Source: Yuukianura sp. NJ FZ-2021 (lineage: Eukaryota). From it: a stretch of 64,000 nt of DNA. The stretch spans positions 13,516,001 through 13,580,000 of the forward strand of contig CM102290.1 of assembly GCA_046563655.1 (NCBI GenBank), in the 5' to 3' direction. Both the position numbers and the translations under genes were made by a program. The notes below the pieces were generated by a model, which saw only the letters and a program-made list of their open reading frames with translations, was not told where the DNA came from and ran no database searches. Shown piece by piece: positions 35,792-48,324 of this stretch; positions within the stretch are counted from its first letter, which is position 1; every line of letters starts with the position of its first letter.

Positions 35792-38700
35792 ATGAAGGCA
35801 GTCGGCTGCCTCATCACCCTCTGCCTTTTGGGTAAGTTTTCAAAATTTCGAACTTGAAAAAACTTTTTGAAAATTGTCAAAATTTTATCATAATTTCTCT
35901 GTTTAGCCGGATTCATCGAAGCTTCTGACCAATATGCTTGGCAAGTTGGGAAGAGCTACAACTACAAGACCAAGGGACGACTAATGGCCGGAATTACTGA
36001 AATCAACACCCAATACGCCGGGATGGTTCTGTCTTACAGCATGGAACTCACGCCCATTGGTCCAAATCGGTTGATCCTGAAACCCGCGGATTTCAAAATT
36101 GAGGAACTCAATGAGGAACAAGATGGAGGCTGGAGAGACGTTCCTGAATTCAAGGGCGAAACTCCAGTTGAACTCAATCCTGAAATCCTCAAGTACTTGG
36201 AGTCACCCATCGAGGTATTTCTTTGCAAAATTTCATAAAAACATAAAATTTCAAATTTTGAAAAACGGAATTTCATATTTAAAAAAATATTAGGTCACAT
36301 TCGAAAAAGGTGTCGTCGAGTCCATCAAAGTTGACCGGAACATGCCAAACTACGCCATCAACATCAAGAGGGTAAGTTTTTCAAAGTAAAATTTAAGTAA
36401 ATTTTCAAAATTTTTAGCCGCGATGTTCAAAATTTGACGTTATTGTTTTTATTTTAGGCTCAAGTCAGCGCCTTCGTGCTTGACTCCACTGCTCAAAATG
36501 CCGTCATGACTGGAAACGCCAACCGTCAATTTCCAAACCAAGTGCGGCCACAAGACGCAACCACCCAAAGCGGCAGCTTCTATGAAACCATGGAGAAAAC
36601 CGTCACTGGAGAATGTAAACTCAAAATTCAAATTTTCAGTTTTGTCATTTTTAGAACCCGAAATCAAAAAATTTGATCCAAAATTCTGAAAATTTTCAGG
36701 CGAGACATACTACACCGTGAGCGAATCTGGTCCATACGACAGCCCACGTACGGATGAACTTAAGTCTCAGTTGGCCGATGACGACAACAGCGACAGTGCT
36801 GAGAACAAGGCAAGTGGAGAAAGTCGGCAACAGGATGACGAAAGCAGTGAAAGCGACGACGAAGACTGGAAACGGAACAAGTACATGGCCTACAAGGAAA
36901 TGATTCAGCGCAGCAGCGCCGAGGTAAATTCAAGCAAATTTTTCAAAAAAAAAATTTGTCCATAAATCAAAAAATTTCAAATCTCAAGTAGAAATTATGC
37001 TCAAGACTAATTTTTTTTTTGTTGATTTGTTTCCAGGAGGAAGGATTCTTGGCTCCCGAAGTTTTCCATAAGTTTTGCGATGGCAAGAACCGATTGATGG
37101 AGTTCGTCAAAACCGTGAACTACTCAATGTGCCACAAGAAGCCAGTTTTGGGCTACGCCAGCCCATCTCTCATCGTTGACAGCCGTGCTGGAGATAACAG
37201 CTTCGGATCTGCCATCTCTGTAAGAAATTCTCCATTTTGCTCAAATCGCAAAGAAAATCTGCATTTTGTCCTCAAATTTTGAAGAAATTCTGCATTTTTG
37301 TCCTCAAATTTTGAAGAAATTCTCCTTTTTTGTCAATTTTGAAAGGTCAACTTTGAAATTATTCCATTTTTTTTTAAACTTTCAGCGTGTCACCTACTCT
37401 CGCTACATTGTCTGCGGAACAGACCGGAAACAGTACACAATCCTCAAGATCGAACAAGAGGAGTACATGTACCAAGGAACTCTGCGCAAAGAGAAAGTTC
37501 TCGGCGGAACTGCCAAGAACACGACTCTGCGCAGTGTCCTCCCAACCAGCCGCACTCCCGTTGGACCCAGCAATCCAATCGAAACCGATTTGGTCTACAA
37601 GTTCAGCCCACAAGAACAAAAGATGCGCCGTGACGGAAAACTGAAAACGGGATTCGAATACCAAAGTGGGGATGATAGCTCCGAATCGAACGAAGACAGC
37701 AGCGAAACGACGCCGAAGTACCGTGCACGACGATCTGCTTACTACTATGCCCAACAGGCAGCACAGCAACCGGAAATGGAACAGAACCAGCAATACCCAT
37801 ACCAATACGCCGCAAACGGTAAGCCGAAATTTTGAAATTCAATTGATTTTGGCCAACTTTTTTTAAATTCAATTGATTTTGGCCAAATTTTTGAAATTTT
37901 GAACATTTTAGAGCCAAATGAACAAGGACTCTTGCCACTCCCAAGCTTGAACCAACCACCATTGAACCCCATGTTGGCCTCACCACTTAATGCTGACGGC
38001 ATGAAGGACCGTGTTGGAGTTCTGTTGGAGGAAGTTGTCCGTGATATCCTTGGCAACAAGCCAATCGCTGAGCAGGAAACTGTTTCAAAGATTGCCACCA
38101 TCGCCAAAATCCTTCGATACTTGTCAAATGCTGATTGCGAAGTTCTGTACCACCGTCATGCCGATAAGACGTAAGCACAAAATGCCTTAATTTCAGTTTA
38201 GCTTCTTTAAAAAAATTAAAAAAATGTTTTTGTGCAGCCAAACCGAAGAGGATCAGATCCGCCGCAAGATCTTCTTGGAAGCCGTAGCCATGGGTAAAAA
38301 AAAATTTTTTTTTTTTGAAAATTTTGAGAATTGAAAGGTTGTAACTTTTTCAAATTTTACCAATAGCCGGAACCAACCCGAACATCAAGCTTCTGATTGA
38401 CCTCATCGCTGCTCAACGTATCACCGGAGAGGATGCCAACCAACTTATCATGACCTTCTCCATGTACATCCGAACTCCAACACCCGAGCTCATCAAGTAC
38501 TGGCACGTAAGTAGTTCTTTCATCAAAACCAGAATCAAAATTTTTTCAAAAAAAGTTGTATTTTTCAAAATAATTTTCCTGTTTTTCAGGACAAACTTGT
38601 TGACTTCACTCCCAGCCCAGACAACATGGACCAACTTCACACCACTTCCTGGTTGGCTTTCACCAACTTGCTCCACGACGCCTGTGTTAACACCAAAATT

Positions 38701-41700
38701 GGTAATGTTTCAAACCTTGTTCATCTCAAATTTTTTGAAAATTTAATATTCTTTGACCAAAATCTTCAAAAATCTGTTTTTTTTTATGTGCAGCCAACAC
38801 ACGTTACCCAGTTCAAGTCTACGGAGAGTTCTGCAACCCGCAACTCGCTGGCCAGTACATTCCACACATTGTGAAGCACTTGAAATGGGCCTTGGAGCAA
38901 ATCTGCCACGACGAACACAGTGTCGGAGCCACCCATTGGGCCACCGTCTTCTTAGCTGCTCTCGGAAACACTGGACACCCACTTATCGTTGAAACCGTTC
39001 AACACGTTCTGGACACCGTGAGCGATCGCTACATCAAGAGCAAGGCCATCTTTGCTCTGAAGCGACTCGCCATCTCCCGATCTTCCCAGAATGTGCCAGT
39101 CACCGAACCAATGGCTGCTGACCGCAAGAGCCGGTACGACATATTTCAAATATTTCAATTTTTTTTTCAAATTTGAGCTGGGCGATGCAAAATCGTATGC
39201 TAAACGTATGTTTTTGCAGTGACATCTTGACTGATGAGGTTGTTGAGAAGAAGGTTCTGCCTGTTCTCCTCTCCGCTGCTTTGGACAAAACTGAAGACCA
39301 AGAAGTGCGCATGGCCGCTATCGCTATGGCTGTCCGTTGCACCCCAGCTGACATCACAATCTGGCAAACCTTGGCTTATTCAACATGGTTCGAGACCAAC
39401 CAAGAAGGTGAGTCCAATTTGTTTTCCAATTCAACTTAAAAAAAAACGAAATTTTGAAAAACGAAATTTTGAAATTTTTTTTAGTCATGTCATACATCTA
39501 CCACATGATGTCGAGCTTGTCCCACCTGAAGCACCCAGTCGATCCAACGACCTGGATTGCGTAAGTTACGAAAACAAAACGTTTAAGAAACGAAAACTAA
39601 CAACAATATTTTTTTTTAGACACAAGAAGGCTCGCGCCGTCTTCCCAATGGTCAAACCAATCAACATTGGACTTCCACGAAGCCGAACGTACCTCGAATC
39701 AGCCTGGTTTGACGAAATTCAATCCGGATTTAGGCACCAGTGGTCTCAATTTGGATCTGAAAACTCCGTTTACCCGAATTCCTTTTACTACCAAAACTAC
39801 AAGACGTACGGAAGTGGAGCCATTGCTGAGAGCCCAGTTGAATTTGCCGTCCATGGACACACCTTGAAGCACATCCTGGACCACATCGTCGGTAAATTCA
39901 CGCGTGTCACGCAGTCCGAAGCTGAAGGAAACGAACTCATCAAAATCATTTCCGACTTGCTCCACATTGTTGACCGGTAAGTTTCAAAATTTTTACGTTT
40001 CGCACTGTTTCTCGAACACTTATTTAAAATTTGTTGGTTGCAGTGAACAAGATGAGACTCCACAAGCCTCTCTCCAATTCAAACTCCGATCAGAAATGGA
40101 ACGCATCTTCTCTGTCAACCGAGAAGTCATTGACCTCTGGATTGAGCAATTGAAGAAAGAGTTCATGCCACAATTGATCACTGGATTCCCATTCAACTAC
40201 CAAAAGGCATGGAAATTGTCATCCGTCAACTACGAATTCCCAACCATCTTCGGTATTCCAATCCAAGTCAAGATGAGGTCACACAACTTGCTGTCGTTCC
40301 GTGGAGCCGTCAAGCCAATCCTGACTGAGGGCTTGAGAGACGTTCAGTTCAACATCGAAATGCACCCAATTGTGTCCTACAAGACTCATGGTCATGTTTC
40401 CATCAAATCTCCACTCACCGGAAAGGCCTACCAAGCTGGTAAGTTTCAAATTTTGGTTAATTTTCAAGAACGCGGGAATTGAATTCGAAATTTCCATTTT
40501 AGGTGTCCAACATCATGCCGTTCTCGAATTTCCATTCCGCGCTATGTTCAGAAAGACAGCTGTCGGAACCCTCGAATTTGCCATTTCCCCAACCTACATT
40601 GACGAACCAACCATCGGAGGACAAATTGACGTCTTCACCTTCCACCGTCGTGTAAGCGACCAATCAATTTAACAATTCGAAACTCGAAATTCGAAATTTG
40701 ACACTTACTTTTACCTCTTTACAGCCATACACCATCATCGTCCATGACGAGTGCTGGCCAACTTCCCACAAGGAGGGAGGCGAGATGAAGATCGTCCATG
40801 CCGTTGAGACTCCGTACAAGGAATCACAAGAATTCGGTCAGAAGGCTCTGGGATGGGCTTTTGAACTTGTTCAAGAGACGGAATACCAACCAGAAAAGGA
40901 GAAATACGCCGGATGGAGACAGTACTTCGCCAGATTCGGTGGCACTTATGGAGGATGGTTGCACCATGGATTCATGGGAGCTAAGACTCTTCGTCTTGCT
41001 GAACGCCGGTTGGTCCTGGACAGTGTCAAATCCACCACCAAAACACTCTGGATCATGGTTGCTGGAGGTAAGTCACGGGACTCTTATTCGGTAGATACAT
41101 TTCAAGGTTAATCATAACCTGTCACTTTTCCTTACCAGAATACCACCGACATGTTAAACACGCAGTTAACGAAGTATCGTCCGAAGAGGAACGAAACCTA
41201 CCGCAAGATTCTGACGAATCCGAGTCCGGAGAACAGCCCAAGTACTACCAGGTAAGCTATCAATTTTGAATTCGTTCTCAATTTCAGTTTTGATTGATTT
41301 TACAACTGATTTTTCAGGCCTACGACTCACAAACCGGTGACTACCAATCATACCAGGACAAGAAACTTCAACAGCGCCCATACCAACAGTACCATCAGTA
41401 CAAGGCTGAGCGATACCAAGCATCCCAGGAGAAAGACAGCAGCGAGGAGTCGTCCGAAGAGTACCAGGGAGAATTCAAATACTACTCTGGCAAACCCGAA
41501 AACTACCGAGCTTCATACGAACACTACGACCAAGCTTACTACCAAGCTTACCCATACCAATACCAAGGAGATTACCAATACCAAGGAGATTACCAATACC
41601 AAGGAGATTACCAATACCAAGGAGCTGAACCCACCGCTGCTCACCGTAAGTGCTCCATGTTGTAACCCATTTTCAATTCAAATCCAAATTTTACCGTAAC

Positions 41701-43904
41701 TTTTCAATTTTTAGACCACCGCTGGTATGTGATTGCCGTTCTCGGAAAGACTGCCCCACTTCACGCACCACTCAAACTCCGAAGCATGCAACTTCACTTC
41801 GAATCCTCTCCATCAACTGTCCAATACTTGCTCTACGTTGACGTCGCCAGGCAACTAACCCAAGTCAGCTGGTCTGCCGGAGAACCAACTAAGGAACACG
41901 TCGGAGAACTGCCAATGAACTCAGGCGCCGTTGAGAAGATCCGCAAGGCCATCCACTCTATTCTGACCAAGGGCCAGGAACCGTTCTGTGCTAAGTACGA
42001 AGGAAAATACCAGTTCCCAAGATGGGCTAACCGTGACAGTCTCTTGACTCTCCGTGAGAACCTCCTCCGCCAAGACCTTACCGTTAAGCTCCAGGGTGAA
42101 TTGGCGTTTGGCGACAACTGCCGCAACAAGGTCCACAATGTCACCTACACCGGAAAACTGTACCGTGACAACGACATGCTCGAGTACGCCAAGGATGGAT
42201 CATATGAAGCCCAACAGTGCAAGGAAGATGAGAAGAAGAAATTTGCATCCTCCCCAGTTTGCATCCTCAACAGCGAACAACAGGCAGCAGCTCTCAACGT
42301 AGCCGAATTCGAATTCAGGGTAAGAAATTCATTTCTTGTTCATCACAATTAGTATAATATTAATCACAATTAATGGTTGTTTGAACTTTGTTACAGTCGA
42401 CTCCACTTCCAGCTTCTGTTGTCAATGCTACTCTTCAAGTCCGAGAATTCTGCAAGGCCTGGTGGTACGAGTACATGTCTTATGACCCAATGCCAATTCG
42501 TCCAATGAGCCCAAGAATGATCGATCATTACTTGAGGGTCAAGGCCGAACTTACCCCAGAAATTGACTACTTGACACTCAAATTCTTCCGCCCTGATGAA
42601 CAAATCTTCTTTGAGGACATCAAATTGGGCCACTTCGCCAAGGCCGTATTCCCACTCACTGCCACGCAGACACTCAAGGAAAACGTCCGTGATCGCGTTT
42701 TCAAAACCGAAGGTATACCAGCGATTCTGATTCTAAATGCTAAATGTTGCTGTTGAATTCTAAACTTACCGAATTTGTTTATCATTTCAGCTTCATGCTC
42801 AGTCGAAAGCAAATATGTCAACACCTTCGACAATGTGACGTATCACTTTGACCCCGCCGCTGCCACTGGCTGCAAGCACGTCCTTATGCAAGACTGTAGC
42901 GGAGAACACGCCGTGTCCGTTTTTGCCGAAAACCTTGCCTCAGCCAACTTGATCACAACGGTTCTGCTTGAAGGCGACTTCCGAATCACGCTCATTCCAA
43001 CCATCAGACAACAGTATGCCCAAGAGTCCCGTGCCTACGTTACGGCCACGTCCGACAACGTCATCATTCCAGGCCAAGGACGAGTTCTTGTCAATGGAGA
43101 GCCAGTCAAGGAACTTCCAACTGTTGTCTACGACTCAAACGGACACTTCATTGCCCGCATTGAAGAAGCCGCTGGATCTGCCCTCCAACTGTTCTCAGAC
43201 GATGTCAAGGTCACAACTGACGGACGACACATCGTGGTCTACCCATCCAACGACCTCCGTAACAGCACTTGCGGTAAGTCTTCATCATAATACGCAGTGT
43301 TTCCTTTGAAATTGTTGAAAACGTTTGTTTTTCGTTTTCATCTTTAGGTCTTTGCGGTAACTTCGACGTGAGCAAGACGATTGACTTCCGCAGCCCAAGA
43401 GATTGTCCATTGAGCTCTGGAACGTACATGTACGCTGCCTATGCCTTCGAACTCCCAATGCCCAAGACTGATGCTGCCGCCATCCCACCAGTCAAAGTCT
43501 GCAAGATTGACGCTGAGGTGAAGAAGGAGATTGAGAAGGAGGACAGTGCCTGCCAGGGTGACGAATTCGTGCCACTGTACACCGATGATAAAGCCGGAAA
43601 CTGCAAGGAGGTATTGATCCAACAAATCGGGGATGCCGTCTACGGCATTGTCCGAAATGCTCTCAAACCAATCCCAGGCGTCAACGGAAAGAAGTGGGCC
43701 GAGAAGGCAAGAAACAAGGTCCGTGAGTTGCTCCAAGGAGCTGTCAACGCCAAGGATATTGCCGACATCATTGCCACCGGAATTGCCAGCATGATTCCGT
43801 ACGTCGGTGGAGTCGTGAAGCCCCTGATCAAGTTTGCCTGCGAGAAGATTGTCAAGGTCCTCTGCGAGAAATCTGGATGCTGTGATGCTGTCTACTACTT
43901 CTAA
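35792..43904 (+). CDS. Vg: Vitellogenin (large lipid transfer protein family), about 24 exons and roughly 2,000-2,100 aa by manual exon assembly
   Basis: Signal peptide MKAVGCLITLCLLAGFIEA. Vitellogenin_N start WQVGKSYNYKTKGRLMAG..QYAG, plus NIKR, VKTVNYSMC, LAALGNTG and EVRMAA motifs. Acidic Ser tracts with an RARR cleavage site. vWD domain (YVNTFDNVTY..CKHVLMQDC..TCGLCGNFD). GT-AG introns throughout, stop TAA at 43902-43904, AATAAA at 44122. Confidence 0.93.
41555..41626 (+). repeat. Coding 18-bp tandem repeat x4 in vitellogenin (YQYQGD)
   Basis: TACCAATACCAAGGAGAT three times exactly, plus a fourth copy ending GCT. Confidence 0.95.
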
Positions 43905-45166
43905 GCACCTAAACACAAACGGACGCAAAATCACATTTCAAAATCAATCTAAAACCTTAACTTATTAATTTCAGTTACCAAAATGTAGTAGTCTCTTCTA
44001 TCGTAGTTTGTATTGGCAGTCTTTTCCCTTCTTCTTCCGACCAGTTTTGTGTACAGCCCTCTCTTTGTCTCGTACAAACAGTTGACCTTGTACAATTTAA
44101 CATTCAGCTGAAGTTGGATTGAATAAACCCCCTGGCATTTAAAAAACATTGTTCTTCACTCTTACTTTATAACAAATACTTCATTGTTGTCCAGGGTCTG
44201 AGTAGCGGTAGGAAACGTGACCTGGTTTGGTTAAGCTTCCAGGAAGTAGTTTCTCGTGACCGAAAGGGCAGTAGGACAGAATGTAACGCCTGTGGACAAG
44301 AAATGGAAGGTCAAGTGGCACTTTTTAACTGCAAAGGTTCGAAAAATGTAATGGATTCCATTAGGAAGACAACGTCGCAGGCACTGCTTCCTATTCATTA
44401 TTTGGCCAATCTGATGCATCCTGTCTAACTTGGTAAGAAACTGTCGGAGCAAGTAATTGAGCTCGCCGTTACTTATGCAGCAGTTGAAAACGAAAGGGCT
44501 CCAGGAATTTTAGCAGTCTTTACACAGTACAGAGCACAAATGGGACCACTCCGAAAAGTTTTGTTTTCTAACACTGGTTTAAACGACATATCTGCTACGG
44601 GTTGGTAGAACTTATATTGTTTTTGTTTAATTAAAATTTCAAATTGATTCGAAAGGGTACCTAATGAAAATATGCCAGATCTTGGCACCCATTTTTAATT
44701 TATTGTTGTCTGAGTAGAACGTACCAAGTATTCAGGAATCAGCGAAGTAGCTATAAAACAGTTCTATTTGTCGGGTAAAGATATTGTGATCTTCTAATTG
44801 AAACTGATGCTTGATTACCTTCATCTTCACAGTTACAATTTTAGAAGCTTCAAATTATTGACATGTCTCATTCTGATTAGGTTAAACGTAACAGAAACGT
44901 AATGCTTTTCCCGTAAGAGCCGGGAAAAAAACTTACGTAGACTGTCCAATTGAATTTGGAAAATGTCAAGTGATGTTATTCAGCTTACAAAAATGGAAAT
45001 AACGTTAATCTGGAACAATTCGTTATTAAACTCCTTTTAAAGTCTTTATTAGATTACATGAAACTGAAACAGTAATGAAAAAGAACAATTACGAAACCAT
45101 TCTTCAAAGTGAAAATCTGTACTTGTCTGGAATAATAAAGGGAGGTAAGATGATTCGGCCTTGCCT

Positions 45167-45728
45167 TTAGACCAGCAGTTTCTCAATTTCTGTCTGGACC
45201 GATAGAATCTGTGGCTTGAGCTGCGATCCTTCGTTGGTAGTGACGGAGGCTGCAATTACTGGTCGTGAGACCCCGCATGCACGACCAAGGGCTGAAACCA
45301 AAGCAAACGTTGAATCTTTTTTCAATTTACGTCTTCTTACGTTGTTGGTGAATTGCTTAAGATTGTTTATGTTAATCCTACCTTGCTTGGATCTGACAAA
45401 GACGTATGGGACGTTCTTGTCTTCACAGAGCAAGGGAAGATGGAGAAGAATCTCCAGCGGTTCGGCATCTGCTGCCATCACGATGAATTCCGAGAGACCT
45501 CGGTTCAGCGTCTTGGTGGCTTCATTTGCCCCTTTCTTCAATTGCTGGTAGTTTGCTGCTTGCTGAACAATGTTCAGGATCTTTGTAGTCAAAGCAGCAT
45601 CAGCCAACGGGTAGGCTTTCGGATTGACCTCTTCCGTCTACAGTTTAAACAATTAATTTTAGTAATCAATTTGGTACTGAATGATAGCACCTATATAAAA
45701 AGCAACTCGAAGTTCTAGTACTTACCAT
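45167..45728 (-). CDS. SNU13: SNU13/NHP2L1 (15.5K, hoi-polloi) kink-turn-binding protein; exons 45726-45728, 45382-45637, 45167-45291; 127 aa
   Basis: The spliced product [48 protein letters not shown]...[35 protein letters not shown]...IEKLLV is the conserved 15.5K sequence. Splice sites are canonical. Confidence 0.97.
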
Positions 45729-45864
45729 GCCGTCTTACTCGTATTCTGTACGAAAGTATCTTGACTAATGGCTGCCGGTGTTAATTAATTAATTAAATTC
45801 CAACTAACAACAACAAAAATAGTTATTTATAAGCCGTTATGAAAATTCAACCACGTGTTTTTGA

Positions 45865-47291
45865 CACTGTGGCACCTTCGCAGCCTGGCGCGACCGAGTC
45901 GCAAATCGAAAAGTCGCTTCCCTGAGCGACTAGTCGCAGCTGACAGCGACCTGGTCGCAGCCTGGTTAGGAAAATCGCAAGTGGAAGCGACTTTGTAGTT
46001 TTTCGGGTTAAGGACGTATTTCCCACCGGTGAAAGTTTGAGTTCTTTAGTTTAATCGAAAGAAAATTACTTTTTTTAAATTTTCACCGTGGGGTTTCTTG
46101 CCCTTCGGACCGGTTACAAAGTTATTCGAAAAACCGTTTTCAAACCCCGAATTTTCGCTGTTTGAGGCGTTTATTTTGCATAAGCAGGGTACCACGGTTT
46201 AGGAAATTTTGTCTAGTTTTTTAATCAGTAATTTAGATTTTGGTTGCTTAAGCAGTTTCCGAGATATTCTCAAAAAAGTGAAGGGAAGTCGAGCAGGTCG
46301 CAGCTAGGGTAGGCCGGGCCGCAGCCTGGTGCGACCCGGGAATTAAAACCAGGGAACAAATCGGCAACGTTGCAATGCATTAATCTCTCATTATAACCTG
46401 AATTAATCCAATGTTATCCAGTGTTCAAATAAATGAAATAATTCGCACGAAACAAATTCCTAAACCAGATTAGTGTAATTTTAACTGGAATTTATTCTTA
46501 GATCAACTAAATATTAATCCTTATGTTTGATGAGGGTGATGAGCCACTTCATCACCCTCATCATATGTTACGCTTACCAACCTTGGTATGTTAAACTAAT
46601 TACGTAGACAGTATGAGTTTTTTTTTTGAATATTATGAATTTTGAATATTATAATCTTATTACGCTATAGTAAATTTAGTATTCCTAATTATTCATCTTA
46701 TTATTATCGCTAATATAATCTGTGCTACTAATTGATATTCGTCAATAATAACACATTCGTCATTTCATTTCAATTCGTCAACGTCAATAAAATATAAGCA
46801 AAAAACTATTTTGAGAAAAACTTAGCATATGACATTATGTGGAAATTGCAATTTTCAAATTTACTAAAAATTCGAAATTTTTGAGAACGGGTCAAAGACA
46901 TATTTTCATGGTCAGGGGTCCGAAAGTTATTTCAGAAAAATAGCTTTAAAAAAATCCGAGTTACCCGATGAAAGTACAATGTTACCCTACCAAAAATTTT
47001 ACCTAAGATAAAAATCCGCAAAAAATTTAAAAATTGTGTTTACCTAAAATGAAAAAAGTGATTTTAATCAGTATAAAATGTATAAAATGGGGGTTGAATG
47101 TAAAACTGCACAGTAAATATAGGCAACAGCGCTCTTGAAAGAAATTTGCGACAGGTCGCTTCCAGTGCTTTGGTAACAAATTCAACAGATGACTCTCGCA
47201 AGCGGTCGCTCCTGGAACCGTTTTAGTCGCAGCGTCGAGGGTCGCTCCCAGATGCGATTTGGTCGCTCCAGAATGCGAAGGTACCAGACTG
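45865..47291. mobile_element. Transib-like non-autonomous DNA transposon
   Basis: Left end CACTGTGGCACCTTCGCA versus right-end reverse complement CAGTCTGGTACCTTCGCA (15/18). TTTGA lies on both flanks as a 5-bp TSD. Many subterminal GTCGC/GCGAC repeats at both ends and no ORF. Confidence 0.6.
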
Positions 47292-48324
47292 TTTGATCAA
47301 AGTCAGAAAATGAGTGAGCGGCGAGTGGATTTTCGAATAGTTAGAAATTGGCGCGTCCGCAACAAAGCCAAAACAGAGCGTTGTTTCCTTCCAGTTATGA
47401 GTTTTAATGGAAAGTCAATATAAAATTGTCACTTATTTAAGTCGGCAAAAAATGTCAGTCAACATTTTCAACAAAAAGAAAGTCAATCTGAAATACCCGG
47501 AAGTTGTGCACTTCGGTGAAACCAGAAACCAGAAAACGCCCAGACCAGACCATATGAAGTTCATTTGTGAAGACAGATAGAAAATCGTTGGACTGACTGG
47601 TCAAACAGACGGACAGACATACAGAGAAACAAACAAAAAGTTTTAATTTTTCTGGAGCTGTCAGACAGACTTATATATAAACCATTCAAAATTTTTCAAT
47701 TTTTACACTTTTAGAAAAATTGAAAAGTTTTACGTGACTTTACGCTCAGACTCAACATTCATTGAAATACTCCGGGACAAACAAGATGCGTTTTGGTTTC
47801 GGCGAATGCTCTGAATTTTATGAATCATTTCAATTTGCCTATAATCCGGCCATTCCTTTGTGTAAGGTAGTGGTAGTGTTTTTACTGTGAAAATAAAATG
47901 CAAATTTTGATTTTTTTTTAAGATGCATTAATTTATGTTTAATTGCAGTTAATAGCAGAAGAAACTAAGCGACAAAAATTAGTCACTTTATGTAATTTTT
48001 AATTTCCGGAAACTAAGAATACATAACAGAAGAATAATATTGGATTTATATTACATATATAAAGAATCGATTTTTTAAAGAAATGACTTCAGGAGCTTAC
48101 AGAATTAGCAAAACCATGAAAATTCATCAAGAAAATTTCTAATTATATTGATGCCTAAGAAATATAATCAAGTAAGTCAGTATAATGAAGATTAATTTAA
48201 TAAGCAATGGCATAAATTACCGTTTGAAATATAGTTAATTAATCACAAAAGGGTATACCTAACTACTTCAATTTCACTGTCCTAAAAAAAATTACAGGAC
48301 TTTTAAACGCAATTTTTGTGTTTC

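Noticed and set aside
37374..43934. Numerous minus-strand ORFs overlapping vitellogenin (for example 43344-43934, 37374-37805)
   Set aside because: Antisense shadows of codon-biased Vg exons with no independent motifs.
45638..45725. Intronic box C/D snoRNA or kink-turn in SNU13 intron 1
   Set aside because: No RTGATGA/CTGA pair on the sense strand.
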